Counted from the whole stretch's first letter, positions 1-11,774 are shown. The stretch is 51,986 nt of DNA, filler included, from Sphacelaria rigidula (GCA_964200075.2; 4 parts of 4 records of this genome joined end to end with filler, not necessarily neighbours in it), one strand, 5' to 3'. Notes: generated by a model not told the origin, from the sequence alone. Numbers and translations are program-made.

Positions 1-300
1 TGGCGTGGTGGGCGGTGGTGTAGTTGGCGGTGAGGTGTAGGGAGGTGGTGTGGTAGGCGATGGCGTGGTGGGCGGTGGTGTAGTTGGCGGTGAGGTGTAG
101 GGAGGTGGTGTGGTAGGCGATGGGTGGTGGGCGGTGGTGTAGTTGGCGGTGAGGTGTAGGGAGGTGGTGTGGTAGGCGATGGCGTGGTGGGCGGTGGTGT
201 GGTAGGCGGTGGGGTGTAGGGAGGTGGGGTGGTGGGCGGTTGGGTAGTTGGCGGTGGCGTGGTCGGCGGTGGAGTGATAGGCGGTTGTGTGGTGGGTGGT
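1..300. repeat. 60-bp tandem repeat (15-bp sub-period) encoding PPTTP-type peptides on the minus strand
   Basis: 1-60 and 61-120 are identical; the third unit lacks one C; the pattern degenerates towards 300. Confidence 0.95.
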
Positions 301-328
301 GCGGTGGTGGGCGTCGGTGTCAGTGGCT
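1..328 (-). CDS. Exon: Pro/Thr-rich stalk (EPLTPTPTTAPPTTQPPITPPPTTPPP...)
   Basis: Acceptor gtcgtcag| at 330-329 with a CTGAC branch-like motif at about 351-347, in phase 1 with the preceding Cys exon. One 1-nt indel at about 124 inside the tandem repeat. Confidence 0.7.
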
Positions 329-3300
329 CTGACGACGACATCACCGGTCAGGCAGAACAGCGTGCGCAAGGGACAGTCGTCTTTGCATGATAAGTGATGG
401 ACGGAAAATAATTCGCTGTCCACCGCACGTCGCCGCATTTGACTGTTCTATGATCACAACGGGTGAATCCCATGCCATATACAACGTACACTCCATAGCT
501 GATGTTGGCAATGACCAAAAGCAGAGAATGATATCTCTCCTCCTTCACGTGCCATCGCCATCATAATCACTTCCTTCGTAACAAGCAGTGAAGTCAAACA
601 TGACCGAGATCTGCTCACCACAACACAGTTCTCTGCAGCTGTCGAACTCGCCGTAGTCGCAAGGTGTGGAGAGGGCGACCTGTTCTGTTCCATCGCCGCA
701 CTCGCGCTCCCACCACACGCACGTCGAAGCTGACGCCAAACACGTCAGCATGATGGGTTCACGTCAGGCATGACAACGTGCGCAAGGGACAGTGGTATCG
801 GCGTTATCAAATGACGAAACAGTGGTTCATGCGCGCACCACCCCACGATTCCGCCTCTGGCTAATTCGCGGTTGAGATCGGTGACTGTCACCCTCCAGTC
901 CTCTGACGGCCGCCCGACTGTGGATGGTTGTGTCAGGGCAAACGAACCTCAATCAGCGACCATAAGGCACAAGCGCGTGTAGTAGAGAGTGACAGGATCT
1001 ACAGACGAGTCTGTGGATTGTGTCAGCCGTGATGCAACACACAAAACTAGCCAGTTGATGGTGTCGAGCATGTTGAACTCCAGGCCCAACTATGCAGGTA
1101 CAATTACGGATGAACAATGTTGGTACGAGTGGGTATATTCACCGACGTAACTCGAGCGTTTATGGGTCGATCTCAACAAACGAGAGCTCGGTTCAACCGC
1201 AAGGTTCACGCGATGACCGTTCAGCAACAAAAAAACAAAACAAGAATGCACACAATAGATTGAGGTCCGTTTATGATTTCTTCCTGCTGTTGTCCCTCCA
1301 ATCCTGGCAGGGGTTGGGATATGGCATGCCATATCTCGGGAATGTTGGCGTCGAATTCGACAAACGATAGTTCGGATGAACCACAAGGTCCACGCAATCA
1401 ACGGCCAGCAAAAACAACATCATATATGAATTTAAGATCCTCTTCATGGATTTTCCCGTTGGTGTCCCTCCAATCTTGGCTTGAGGATTGAGATGTGACA
1501 TGCCGTATCTCCGGTATGTTGACGTCGAATTCGACAAACAATTGCTCAGATGAACCGCAAAGCCCACACGGCCAACGGCCAGCAACAACAGCAAATGACA
1601 CGCACACAAGATGTCAAGGACATTTCGTGAATGTTTCCTGATGCTGTCGCTCCAACCCTGGCTCAGTGGTTGAGACATAACATACCATATCCCCGGCATG
1701 TTCACATTGAACTCGACCAACTATTGCTCGGATGAACCGCAAGCGATTACCAGCCAGCAATAACAACAAAAATAAAGGTCACCAAGAAGTGAAGGGACAT
1801 TTTATGAATGCTTCCTGATGCTGTCTCTTCAACCCTGGTTCGGTGGTTGAGATATAATATGCCATGTCGCCGGCGTGTTGATGTCACTTCAATGAACGAC
1901 AAGGTGTTGACATCGGAAACATATCGCTCTATCGTATAGAAAGCCCCCGACAGACATCAGCGCAGTACATCACTGTAAGAGCAATATAGTACACGCAGCG
2001 TAAGAGTACACCGAGCAGTACAAACAGAAGAGTACACGGCACAGACCATACGACCCAGCACAGTACTGTACACACATAGTACAATTGAGTTTCCAGTACA
2101 AGCAATACGATTGAGTACACAGTACAGTACACGCAGATAAATCAGTCACCAGTTCAAGCAGCGCAGTCCAGTCCAGTACAGAGCGCGCAGTATGACCGGT
2201 ATATAGTATAATTAGCGCAGGCAGCGCAATGCAGTACACGCTGAAGTTTTGAGTGCATGATCCTTAGCAATGGTCGTCTTCGCCTCAGCAATGGCTGCCT
2301 TCTCCATAGCAACGGCTGCCTCTCGCCCAGCAACACTTTTTCACGTATTTCAATCTCCCTCTTGATGTATATGCGTGGCTCGTCTCTTAGCACCTTTGGC
2401 GCAGTGCCAGGAATCGCTGCTATTTTCCCACCTCTTTTGCGGGGCATCGCTCTGAGGTGCGCTGTGACCTGCAGCCACCCACTTCTGGTTGTGATATCTA
2501 GCGTGCATCTTCAAAATTTGAAAACGATTTCAAAAGCTCCCTCAGCCATGCCCCCAGGTTTTCGTCGATATGTCGTTTGCATGCTTCTTCAGGAATGTGG
2601 GGATGGCGTTCCTCCCCCCTTACGAAAAACAGTGCTGCCATGGTCATCCTGATCTCTTCCATACTGTACGATACGCCTGTGGGCCAAACCACCACCATTG
2701 GGAAGCAACAGTTGCCAGCTTTCTGACGGCGTGCCCAATGCATTATTATTACTGATGTCCTCCATTTGGCTTCGTCTGAAAACTCACAAGGAAAATATCG
2801 TGTAAACGCGTATGACGAAAGTTATCATTTGCACATTTCTTGCTCGCGCGTTATCTTCCTCCTCCTTACAATGTTCCCCCGTAACAACGAGTACCCTGTA
2901 TTACGATCCAAACTCAATCCCACGTCTGCACGGGTGTACCCGGAGTGGGGGCAATGTCACAGAAAGCACATCGATAGCGATGACACATGTGTGAGTGAGT
3001 GCCAGACTCGGCGGACCGGGGCTAGCGATGACACATGTGTCAGTGAGTGCCAGACTCGGCAGCCTCACTCTCCCCGTGAGACAAGGAAACCTCGGGACAA
3101 ATACACGAGCTCTCGCATAAAATTAGAAGGAGAAATAGACCCGAAAGGAGGGCAGAAAAAAGTTCAACGTGTAGATATAGGTAAGGCTAGATATACGTCG
3201 CGTATAGGGAAGCTCAAAGTGGCGACCTACAGCGTCCGTACACGGTTCCTCACGAGAAAGAGCAAGGCTGGCCATGTTGAGGTGGTACTGCGAAATGACA

Positions 3301-6300
3301 GGCGCTGGGTTGTGATGTTATCATACTGCAGTAGACAGGGAGATCGGGTCGAACCGAGTTTGATTTTGCGGGATACCGCATCTTCTGCTGCGGGGCAAAA
3401 AATGGCAAGAGAAGAGCTGGACAACATGGGGTCGCGTTGGCCCTAGTCAACGACAGCAATGGCATCTCTCTGCTACAACTTGCGGGTGACAGCGGGATTG
3501 GCCTGGTCAATACGATTTCGCTCACCCGAAAGGAAGACACGTCGCGTGTGTCCAACGGTACTGCGAATCGTCCGCGGATATACCTCAACATCGCGTGTGC
3601 CTCAGTGCGGCTACGTAGTCACTTTGCACGCAACAGACCTTGGCCAACTCCCATAGGGCGCCAACCGATCGGCAGGGAGGCAATAGCACCCTACATCGAT
3701 GGACGTGAGCAACTCGCACAGCTGATAATCAGCGAGCTCAAGAACCGCAGAACTGGTGATACAGCCAGCGCATCAGCTGCAAAATTGGTAGGCATACCCC
3801 TGAGCTCCGCTGAGAAAGTGATGCCCCCTCAAACCCAAAAGCTACGTATATTGGAGTGGTTCGGAGATGATGCAACCAGATCGAACTTCGAATAGGCCTG
3901 CAATGAGGGAGAGGGCAAGGTTAATGGTGCGAATGGGACCGAGAGATGACCCCGCATGGTGCACCGTGCACGCAGCACGCGGGAAACTCGAAGGGATCCA
4001 AGCTGAGTGGACACGTATTTAGATGTGTATGCTAGGGAGCTGGAGAAGAATATGAGAGTTGAAAACATAGGAAGATGGTGCAGACACCTGAAAGGAGGAC
4101 GGAGTCTGACGGGACGAAACGTAAGGAGCGAGTAGTGTATCAAGAACAAGTACGGGGACCTACTGGAAGACAAAACCCCACTCTGTGGGTAATGGTAACG
4201 GTACTTCTCCACTTTACGGAACGCCATATCGGCAAGTATCGGCCGAGCGGTTAACCAGAATATTGCGCAACGACCGAGAGGGTTGTCACCTGGAGACCAA
4301 CCAAGCCCAACTGAAACTCAGAATGCCATGAGAGCTATGGCTAACGGCCATGCGACGGGCCCGGGTAGCCTACCTGCTGGGACGAAACCCCAATCGGTGA
4401 GAGATGGTAACGGTAGTTCTCCATCTTACGGAACGCCATATCGGCAAGTATCGGCCGAGCGGTTAACCAGAATATTGCGCAACTACCGATAGGGTTGTCA
4501 CCTGGAGACCCGCCAAGCCCAACTGGAACTGAAGATGACGTGAGAGCAATGGCTAACGGCCATGCGACGGGCTCGGATGGCCTACTTGCTGAACTCCTCA
4601 GGCTTGGATTGATGGGGAAGCTTTCGGAGATTATTTTACCGCTTCCATAGCATCATCGCTGAGGTCTAGACATTTGGCGAGGTGATGCAGGAGTGGGAAG
4701 ACGCCACAATCAAAGTGTTACACAAGAAGGATATGGCCGAGTGTGGACAGGGGCCTCTCTCTTGGCACATGCTGGTAGAGTCTTCCTCAAAGCCGCAGTC
4801 AACAGGCTCGGTAGCTTCTGCGAGGAGGCAGAAATCTTCCCAGAGTAATGATGTCCATTCCGGCGCCAATAAACGACCAACGACATGATATTCGTGGAAG
4901 GCCGCCTACAGGAGTTGGGACAGGCGAGAAATGGCCCACTAAACATATGCTTCGTCGACCTGCAAAAGGCCTTCGACTCCATAGACTGCACGCTCCTGTG
5001 GGAAGTGCTTGCCCAATACCCAGTCCCGCCACGGATGATCGAGGCTATCCGCATGTTTCGCGGTAGCATGCGAGCTCGGGTACAGCTGGACTATGGCGAA
5101 TTATCACTTTGATTCTACACCTGCCAGGGACTCAGATTAGGACGCGTTTCGTCCCCGCCATTGTTCAACGTCTCCGGCCCAGCCTGGGTCGACGTGATCG
5201 TACAGCGTTTCGCGGCAGACCCGGTCATCGTCTCAGACACGGTATTTCTAGATGGTACGCCAATGGTGGCGGCGAAACTCTCGAAGAGACGGCTAAAGAA
5301 GGCGCGGAGCACGGTGTGGGGAATGTTATATGCCGATGACGCCGGCAACACCTCGAGGTCCCCAGATGGGTTTGCTAAAATGACAACCACAAGAGTCATG
5401 ACCTATAAGGAGTTCGGATGAAGGGGATGAGAGAGCAAGACAGAGCCCACGTGCCTGTGATTAGTAAGTACCTAGCTGCGCACAGACTGCATCGCACATC
5501 AAGGCGGCTGGCCAACGCTAGAAGCACACGACCGAGTTTGTCCACCTTGGTGATGTGAGCGCGAATGCGAATATTTCCATCGAAGTCAACCGCCGCATCA
5601 GCGCTGCGTGGTCCCAACTTTATGGTCCGGCCAATGCCCAGCTACGTTTGAAAATCCGCCTGCTTCAAGCAGCGGTAGGGGGAGCTATGCTATTCAGATG
5701 TGCTACATGGACGATGCGTTTCGAGGATTTCAGGAGCCTACCTGCTGTCCACCGAAATATGTTGCTGTGAGTGGTTGGATTCCGCACGAAGCAGCGAACT
5801 CGCCACAAGACTCATTCGTTCAGATATTCGCTCGAGATGGCCACCTGCAAACGTATCGAGGCGACCACCCGCAAGGTCTAGCTCTGGTTCGGAGGGGTCC
5901 TAGTCCGCCAGGATGAGCAGAACACATCATGTTCGAACGGTTAGCCGTGCAATAGTGAAAGGAGGCTAGCCGCCCCTTCATACACTCGGGGAACCTCTTC
6001 CAGGAGAAGCTATGTGCACCAGAGGGCTCTTCGACGAGAAGGAGCACGACGGAAATGGTTCATCGACGGAGTGGAAGTCAACGACGAACGCGATCGGATC
6101 ACTGGCAAAGAACATGGATAAAATACATCTTGGTGTCGGGAATGAGGCACAAGACCCAGACGTGGCGTGGCGACACGATGGAAAACTTTGATTAGACCTT
6201 CCCCACAAACGAGAGGCTGCTGTATCGATAGCCGCCAGTCATCGAGTCGCCACCGGTGATACAACAATATCAATAGTTCGCGAGGACTCCAGGATAGCAA

Positions 6301-9300
6301 TAGTCCAGATAATGTTTCACTTCTTACCCGACTAAAGATGAATGCAGGAAGCTGGGTTAACACGGAAGTGATCCACACCTGTTCCCTCTTGTCGGTCGTT
6401 GACGTTTCCTTGGCCTGTGGATTCGCGGCGTTCCCCAGTTGTGCTTTTGTACATGCTCTACGGCGACCTTGGGTTTCATCGCTCCCTCAGTTTTTCCCTC
6501 TGTTCTTTGTTTCTCTCTCTATATATATCTTCCTCTTCCTCTCTCTCTCTCTCTCGCCATTTCCATTTCATGTGTTATTCATCATCAGTTTGGTGTTTTC
6601 CTTCCATTGGATTTATGGGTGAGAACGCATGTATGGGCCGAAAGAGTTGGGTAACAATTGGTCCGAAATAGTAGGGTCACATTCTGCTCCCACGGTCTTC
6701 TCATTCTGTCTTGTGCATGAGTGCACGTGCTATATGCGCGCTGACTTGTTCACCGGACGCATGATTCACGGCCCAGCCATTTCTACGTTTATTTTGTTTA
6801 TCGCTTTGCTTCATTTTATTTCATTTTCAAAGTTCTTCTCCGCTCCATTCGCCTTCGTTCCTTCTTGATTCTGCTCTGACTGTTCAAGGTTACTATACTT
6901 TTGACTGTTTTGGTCAGGACTTCGGATATATCACTCCCTTTGTTTGTTCTATATTTTGGCCTCTTTCCATGCCTCTCAATCTAGAGCAAGCGTTCCCGAA
7001 ATGTTTACCTCGAGAACTTCTATCTCGAGACCACGGCTGGGTCCGTCAGGGATCAGCGCACGTGCAAAACTCGATCAATGAGTCAATCAAGACAATACAA
7101 CACAATCATACACCGCACAATCCATACCCTGTGCCTGGTGCAATGACCGCAAGCAGAGCATGACTTTTGGTCCCCCTCCACATGTCATCGCCATCAGAAT
7201 AACCTCCCGTAAAAGGAAACAGTGAACGCACACAAGACCGAGATCTGCTCACCACAACACAGCTCGCGGCAGCTTTCCGAGTAGCCGGGGTCGCAAGGTG
7301 TTGCACTGGCAATCAAATCGCTTTCCCCGTCGCACTCGTCCTCCCACGACACGCACGGCGAAGCTGAGAAACAAAATATCGCCAGGTCGGGGTGAGGTCA
7401 AGCAGAAGAACAGCGTGCAAAAGAGACAGGTGTATTCGCGTGACCGACGGACGGATAATGGATCATGTACACGCCACCCCACGTTGCCGCTTCTGGCTGT
7501 TTTCCTGGCCGACATCGGCGATTGTCATGCCATTGCACAACGCATCCCCCGTAGCTGGTGTTGGCAATGACCGCAAGCAGAGCCTGACATCGCTCCCACT
7601 CCACTTTCCATCGCAATCAGGATCAGATCCTCCCTGCCTAACAGTGAACTCACACAAAACCGAGACCTGCTCACCACAACACAGCTCGCCGCAGCTTTCC
7701 CAGTCGCTGTAGTCGCTTTCCGAGTTAAAGTATTCGTAGTCGCACAGTGTGGTGGTACTGGCCAACAATTCTGTTCCGTCGCCGCACTTGCCCTCCCACG
7801 ATACGCACGTCGAAGCTGACGCCAAACAAGCCAGCATATCGGGTTCAAGTCAGGCAGAACAGCGTGCACAATGCACGGTCGTATTCGTGGGATCGAACAC
7901 AGCACATTGCCGTTTCCGGCTGTTTCCCGGCCGACGGTCATGCCACCCATAGCGCATACCCCGTAGCTGGTGTTGGCCATGACCGCAAGCAGAGCCTCAT
8001 ATAGCTCCCGCTCCACATGTCATCGCCATCAAAACAACCCCCCGTCAGAATAAGCAGTCCAATCACACAAAACCGAAATCAGCTCACCACAACACAGCTC
8101 GCCGCAGCTTTCATATTCGCCGTCGTCGCAGATCGTCCAGCTAGGCACCAGCCTTGTTCCGTTGCTACACTCGCCCTCCCACGATGCGCACGTCGAAACT
8201 GACGCCAAACACGGTAGCACGTCAGGTTTAGGGATCGTTTCGTAATGATGACGGAGCCGGGGGGCGCGTGAAAATCATACTGTGACATGTCAGACGTAAA
8301 ATAGTAGTCGAGTCGCCATCGCAAGGAGCGATGGAGCCTCTTGATATGCATTCTGTACTGACCTTGTACGCCCCGCTCGCTTGAGTGTCATCAAGCCCCG
8401 TAATGTGCGAGATCCAATTGTTGTGTAATGCATCGATAGTCGCACACTCCGAGGTCGGTCACAACCTAGCCCTTGTGACACTATGGACTCATCCTACGGA
8501 GGCTGATGAACGCGTAGACCAAAGGAACTTCGGAAAAATATAGCAAAAATAACAATAACGAGGGAGAGAAGTACATCTTTGAACCGACGTAGGCGCGGGG
8601 GTGAGAATTGGCGACAGTCTAGATAAAACGACCAACAGGCCCATGCCAGGGGTTGAGATAGGGAGGCGGTACAAGGGCCAAAACTGTGGAAGCAGGATGA
8701 AAGTTAGCAAAACGGATACCACACTACTAAGATCACTTCGTATGGCAACCAATCCGTCTTTGTACAAATATGAGGATGTCAGCCCGTTTAAATCCGATTT
8801 TCTCCCGTGGATTGACTTTTCGGACCCCGGTCCGTTGGGCAATGTTTTTCGCCCAGCTCTGAGGAAACCAGATCAATTCTCCGATTCTCTGGGCGCTGAC
8901 TTTTGGTTCATCACCTCTCTGCTCAGATACGGCAGTCTCCCCATCTGAGCAGAAAGGTGATGAACCAAAATTCAGCGCCCAGAGAATCGGAGAATTGATA
9001 TGGTTTCCTCAGCGATGAACATTGCCCAACGAACTGGAGTCCGAAAAGTCAATCCACGGGAGAAAATCGGATTTAAACGGGCTGAAATCCTCATATTTGT
9101 ACATATGCGGATTGGTTGCCATACAAAGTGGTCTAAGCACGATCCCTCAACCCATGACTCATGGAGGAACAAAAATGGTGGCACAGTCACAAAATATTTC
9201 CATTATTCGGGCAAGTAGGGTGTGACCATTATTCGGACATAATTATCTCCGCGCCACCGCACGTTACAGCTCCCGGTTGTTTCTTGGTCAATTGTTATGC

Positions 9301-9881
9301 CACGCACAACGAAACCCCGTAGCTGATGTTGGCCATGCCTAGAAGCAGAGCATAACATTGCTCCCACTCCACATGATTGCCATCAGAACAAACGTAATCC
9401 AAATGCAGTAGTCAACTCGAGCATCAACATGATCTGCTCAACGCAACAAAGTGCACAGCAAAGGTGTGGCTCGAAGCCGCATGCTGTGTCAGTGTCCACC
9501 TTCACTGCTCCACCGCCGCACTCGCCGTCCCGTTCCACACGTCGAAACGGGTGCCAAACACGTTTTCATGTCGGGTTTGGGAATCGTGTCCACATGATCA
9601 CGGCGCCGGGGCGCGCCTCAAAATCACAGGATGGCATATCAGACGTACAAAACCGATCTCGATGTCATCTCACGGAACGAGGAGACTATTTTTGTAAACG
9701 TTCTCTGCACTCTCCATGTACGTCCTTGTCGCTCGAGTAGCAGCAAGTCGCGTAATGTGCGTGATCCGGTTGTTGTGCAATAGATCGATAGTACTGCACT
9801 CACGAGTCCGGTCAGAACGCAGTGGTTGTCGCACTTTGGACTCACCCCAGGAACTTGATAAACCACGCTCGCCTAAGGAAT
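1..9881 (-). CDS. Spliced gene (partial): Cys-rich tandem-exon repeat protein with Pro/Thr mucin-like stalk
   Basis: Phase-consistent join of 9881-9846, 8198-8088, 7815-7675, 7363-7253, 729-619 and 328-1. All introns are GT..AG in phase 1. The 5' exons are not resolved and the 3' end runs off the scaffold. Confidence 0.75.
619..729 (-). CDS. Cys-module exon (A)STCVWWERECGDGTEQVALSTPCDYGEFDSCRELCC
   Basis: 111 bp, gcgtcag| acceptor, |gtgagc donor, phase 1-1, no stops. Confidence 0.8.
1150..1900. repeat. Degenerate ~175-180 bp tandem repeat, about 4 copies
   Basis: The motif ttcctgatgctgtc.ctccaaccctggc...gtcgaattcgac...gatgaaccgcaa recurs at about 1271, 1443, 1624 and 1801. Confidence 0.85.
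2766..7103 (+). mobile_element. Decayed RTE-clade LINE retrotransposon (APE endonuclease + reverse transcriptase)
   Basis: APE-like start LKVATYSVRT at about 3211. RT motifs CFVDLQKAFDSID (about 4948), GLRLG...PPLFNV and WGMLYADDAG (about 5317). Many stops and frameshifts. The 3' end carries gagaccacggctgg..(caat)n at 7028-7103. The 5' boundary is approximate. Confidence 0.9.
4192..4590 (+). repeat. ~210-bp tandem duplication inside the LINE
   Basis: atggtaacggta.ttctcca..ttacggaacgccatatcggcaagtatcggccgagcgg... occurs at about 4192 and again at about 4404. Confidence 0.9.
7253..7363 (-). CDS. Cys-module exon (A)SPCVSWEDECDGESDLIASATPCDPGYSESCRELCC
   Basis: 111 bp, ttttgtttctcag| acceptor, |gtgagc donor, phase 1-1. 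Confidence 0.8.
7675..7815 (-). CDS. Cys-module exon (A)STCVSWEGKCGDGTELLASTTTLCDYEYFNSESDYSDWESCGELCC
   Basis: 141 bp, i.e. 30 nt longer than its siblings and still in frame. AG/GT intact, phase 1-1. Confidence 0.8.
8088..8198 (-). CDS. Cys-module exon (V)STCASWEGECSNGTRLVPSWTICDDGEYESCGELCC
   Basis: 111 bp, gcgtcag| acceptor with an upstream cctgac, |gtgagc donor. Confidence 0.8.
8493..8529 (-). pseudogene. Dead copy of the 36-bp exon at 9846-9881
   Basis: Paralogous context; the donor reads |atgagtcc instead of |gtgagtcc. Confidence 0.5.
8731..9133. mobile_element. Foldback MITE, PIF/Harbinger (Tourist)-like, TAA target-site duplication
   Basis: About 200-bp inverted arms with a short loop at about 8930-8942, flanked by taa on both sides. 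The paralogous segment at about 10074-10105 shows the empty site. Confidence 0.9.
9442..9547 (-). pseudogene. Dead Cys-module exon
   Basis: Homologous to the live modules, but the acceptor is ccg (not cag), the donor is ttgagc (not gtgagc), and there is a frameshift. Confidence 0.7.
9846..9881 (-). CDS. 36-bp phase 1-1 exon (D)SLGERGLSSSW
   Basis: tttccttccag| acceptor and |gtgagt donor; phase compatible with the downstream Cys exons. Confidence 0.55.
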
Positions 9882-11576
9882 CTGGAAGGAAACACTAGGG
9901 AGGACAATGATGAAGGAAATAACCATGTCTTCCAATTTGATCCAGGCACCGGGCTACGAGTTGGTAACGGTTCCGAGAAAACGTCTGGTAGGCCTATGCC
10001 ACAGCTTGAGGTCAGGAGGCGGTACAAAGACCAGGGCTCAGGAAATGAGTTACAACTTAGCTAAACGGAGATCGCACTATTAAACTCGAGCTATCAACCT
10101 ACGAGTCAGGAAGAAAAGAAAAACAGCCCCACAACCGCAACATCTTCTTCATCGCAGTATGATAGCCTTGACAAGTAGGGCGTACACATTTCTCGCGTAC
10201 GATAGAGCATGGCTGCTTGGGTAGAGGAGAAACGTGGAGGGAAAACTGACGTCGGCAATGGACGGGTGGCTGGGTGCACTGCTGGTGGGCGCGCAGGGGT
10301 CATCTGCGCAAAGATCAAGAACAACACCAAGACATCTGTCGGTCGGGTGCGGTATCACAAAAGAACACATGACAACACCCCCTTCGCCTGCTACGTCACG
10401 GTCGGAAAATGAGAAGTTTTACACGAGTGCACCGAATTCGCCACGGTGTGCAAATGGTCTTCAAACCGAATGCGTGCAGCCTTGGAGGTCAAGCTTTTAT
10501 GCGAAATCAGTCATCCCAAGTGGTTCGATCGGCACATATACCAAACCAATGCGGCGCCAATATTGCAAGGTCACCGTATATATCCGGTGTCGCGTTTTCA
10601 CCGCAGAGTGTAGCTCGGCCCTTGTTTGTCTTGTCCGCGAAAGAAGCGGGGTTCACCGCACGTTACAGTAAGCAAAGCGCAGGTTCAACATCACAACGAG
10701 CATCAATAAGGCAAACGAGGTGGGTTTACCCAAGTTCGTCGTTAAAATGTCCATGGTGGGAACACTTTACATCTACCAGGTCCTACCGTGACTATAACCC
10801 CAACCCAAACCCAAGCCCCAGCTAAACCCAGAATCCTCGGGCAAGGCGGGTGTAAATGCTGCTATTGTCAAGGACTTTGCTGGCAGGGGTCGGATCGTCG
10901 CTATGCGATGCAGATTTGTGAACAAAACGCGTGCTTCACACACCGTCGACCGGTTGGGACTGTCAATTCCTCAAAATATTCCAAACATCGACCCTCACAC
11001 CAAACCCTCGGTGAAATGCTCATGGCTTCTTTGACGAAGAACTCACGTATATCCTGCTGTGACAAACAGCAAGTACAAGACAATCAACACGTGCGTACGG
11101 CATGGAACAAAAAAACGCCACGAAACTCCAGAGAGCAAACAGTCGACTCCGAGGATTCGCTGTATTTCTACCAAAAGCTGTAGCAAGACTCTGAAATGCA
11201 CTCTACGTCGGCATGCACGAGTATTCAACCGCAACGGCATCCGAAACCCCGCCACGTACATACTTCGAGATGCCTCGTGATCAAAGCGCTACCTTGACGC
11301 ACCCTCGCTGCTCCTGCAATCGTGCGCATCCAACTCTGCGATCCAGAACCAGCGGGGTTTGTGTTTGAAGTTGCGCGCGCATTTATCACCGCCGCAAAAG
11401 CCGTCACATGATCAGGGGGGAAAAGGGACGAAAGGAAGGAGCAAAGGAGAGTGAGAATACGAAACGATATGCATCGCCCTCAATGCCTTGTCATCGGCTG
11501 TACTCCGGAGTACGACAATACGTGTCTGATCAGTTCTTGCACTGCCGACCGGGGCCCCTGCAATTGCTCATCTCAC

Positions 11577-11774
11577 CTGTGGATAAAATTCTGTGTCGTC
11601 CTCGACCCCATCTTTGCGTTCATCGGCGGCTGCTCTACCCTCAGGCCTCGGTTCGTTTGCCTCGTCTCTCCTGCTCCCGCTTGCGTCTAATGTTGCTACG
11701 AAGCGATCGTACTTCGATAACGGTGACTGCTGATCCGGATCTGGATGTGCCATCCGACGATGCGAAGAAAGCAC
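11577..11774 (-). CDS. Possible upstream exon (MAHPDPDQQSPLSKYDRF...DDTEFYPQ)
   Basis: Open frame ending in a strong cag|gtgaga donor. No acceptor or phase link to the Cys gene could be established. Confidence 0.25.

Noticed and set aside
348-7853. Apparently conserved in-frame TGA (CARCSA*) in four repeat copies (348-350, 764-766, 7398-7400, ~7850), suggesting selenocysteine or readthrough
   Set aside because: The TGA is the core of a (C/T)TGAC branch-point-like motif about 20-35 nt upstream of the AG acceptor. The surrounding sequence is duplicated intron with free indels, so no recoding is needed.
7140-8000. CGHC thioredoxin-like motif in one frame of the repeats
   Set aside because: It lies in intronic sequence and is not conserved across copies (FGHC, CGHG, SRHG).
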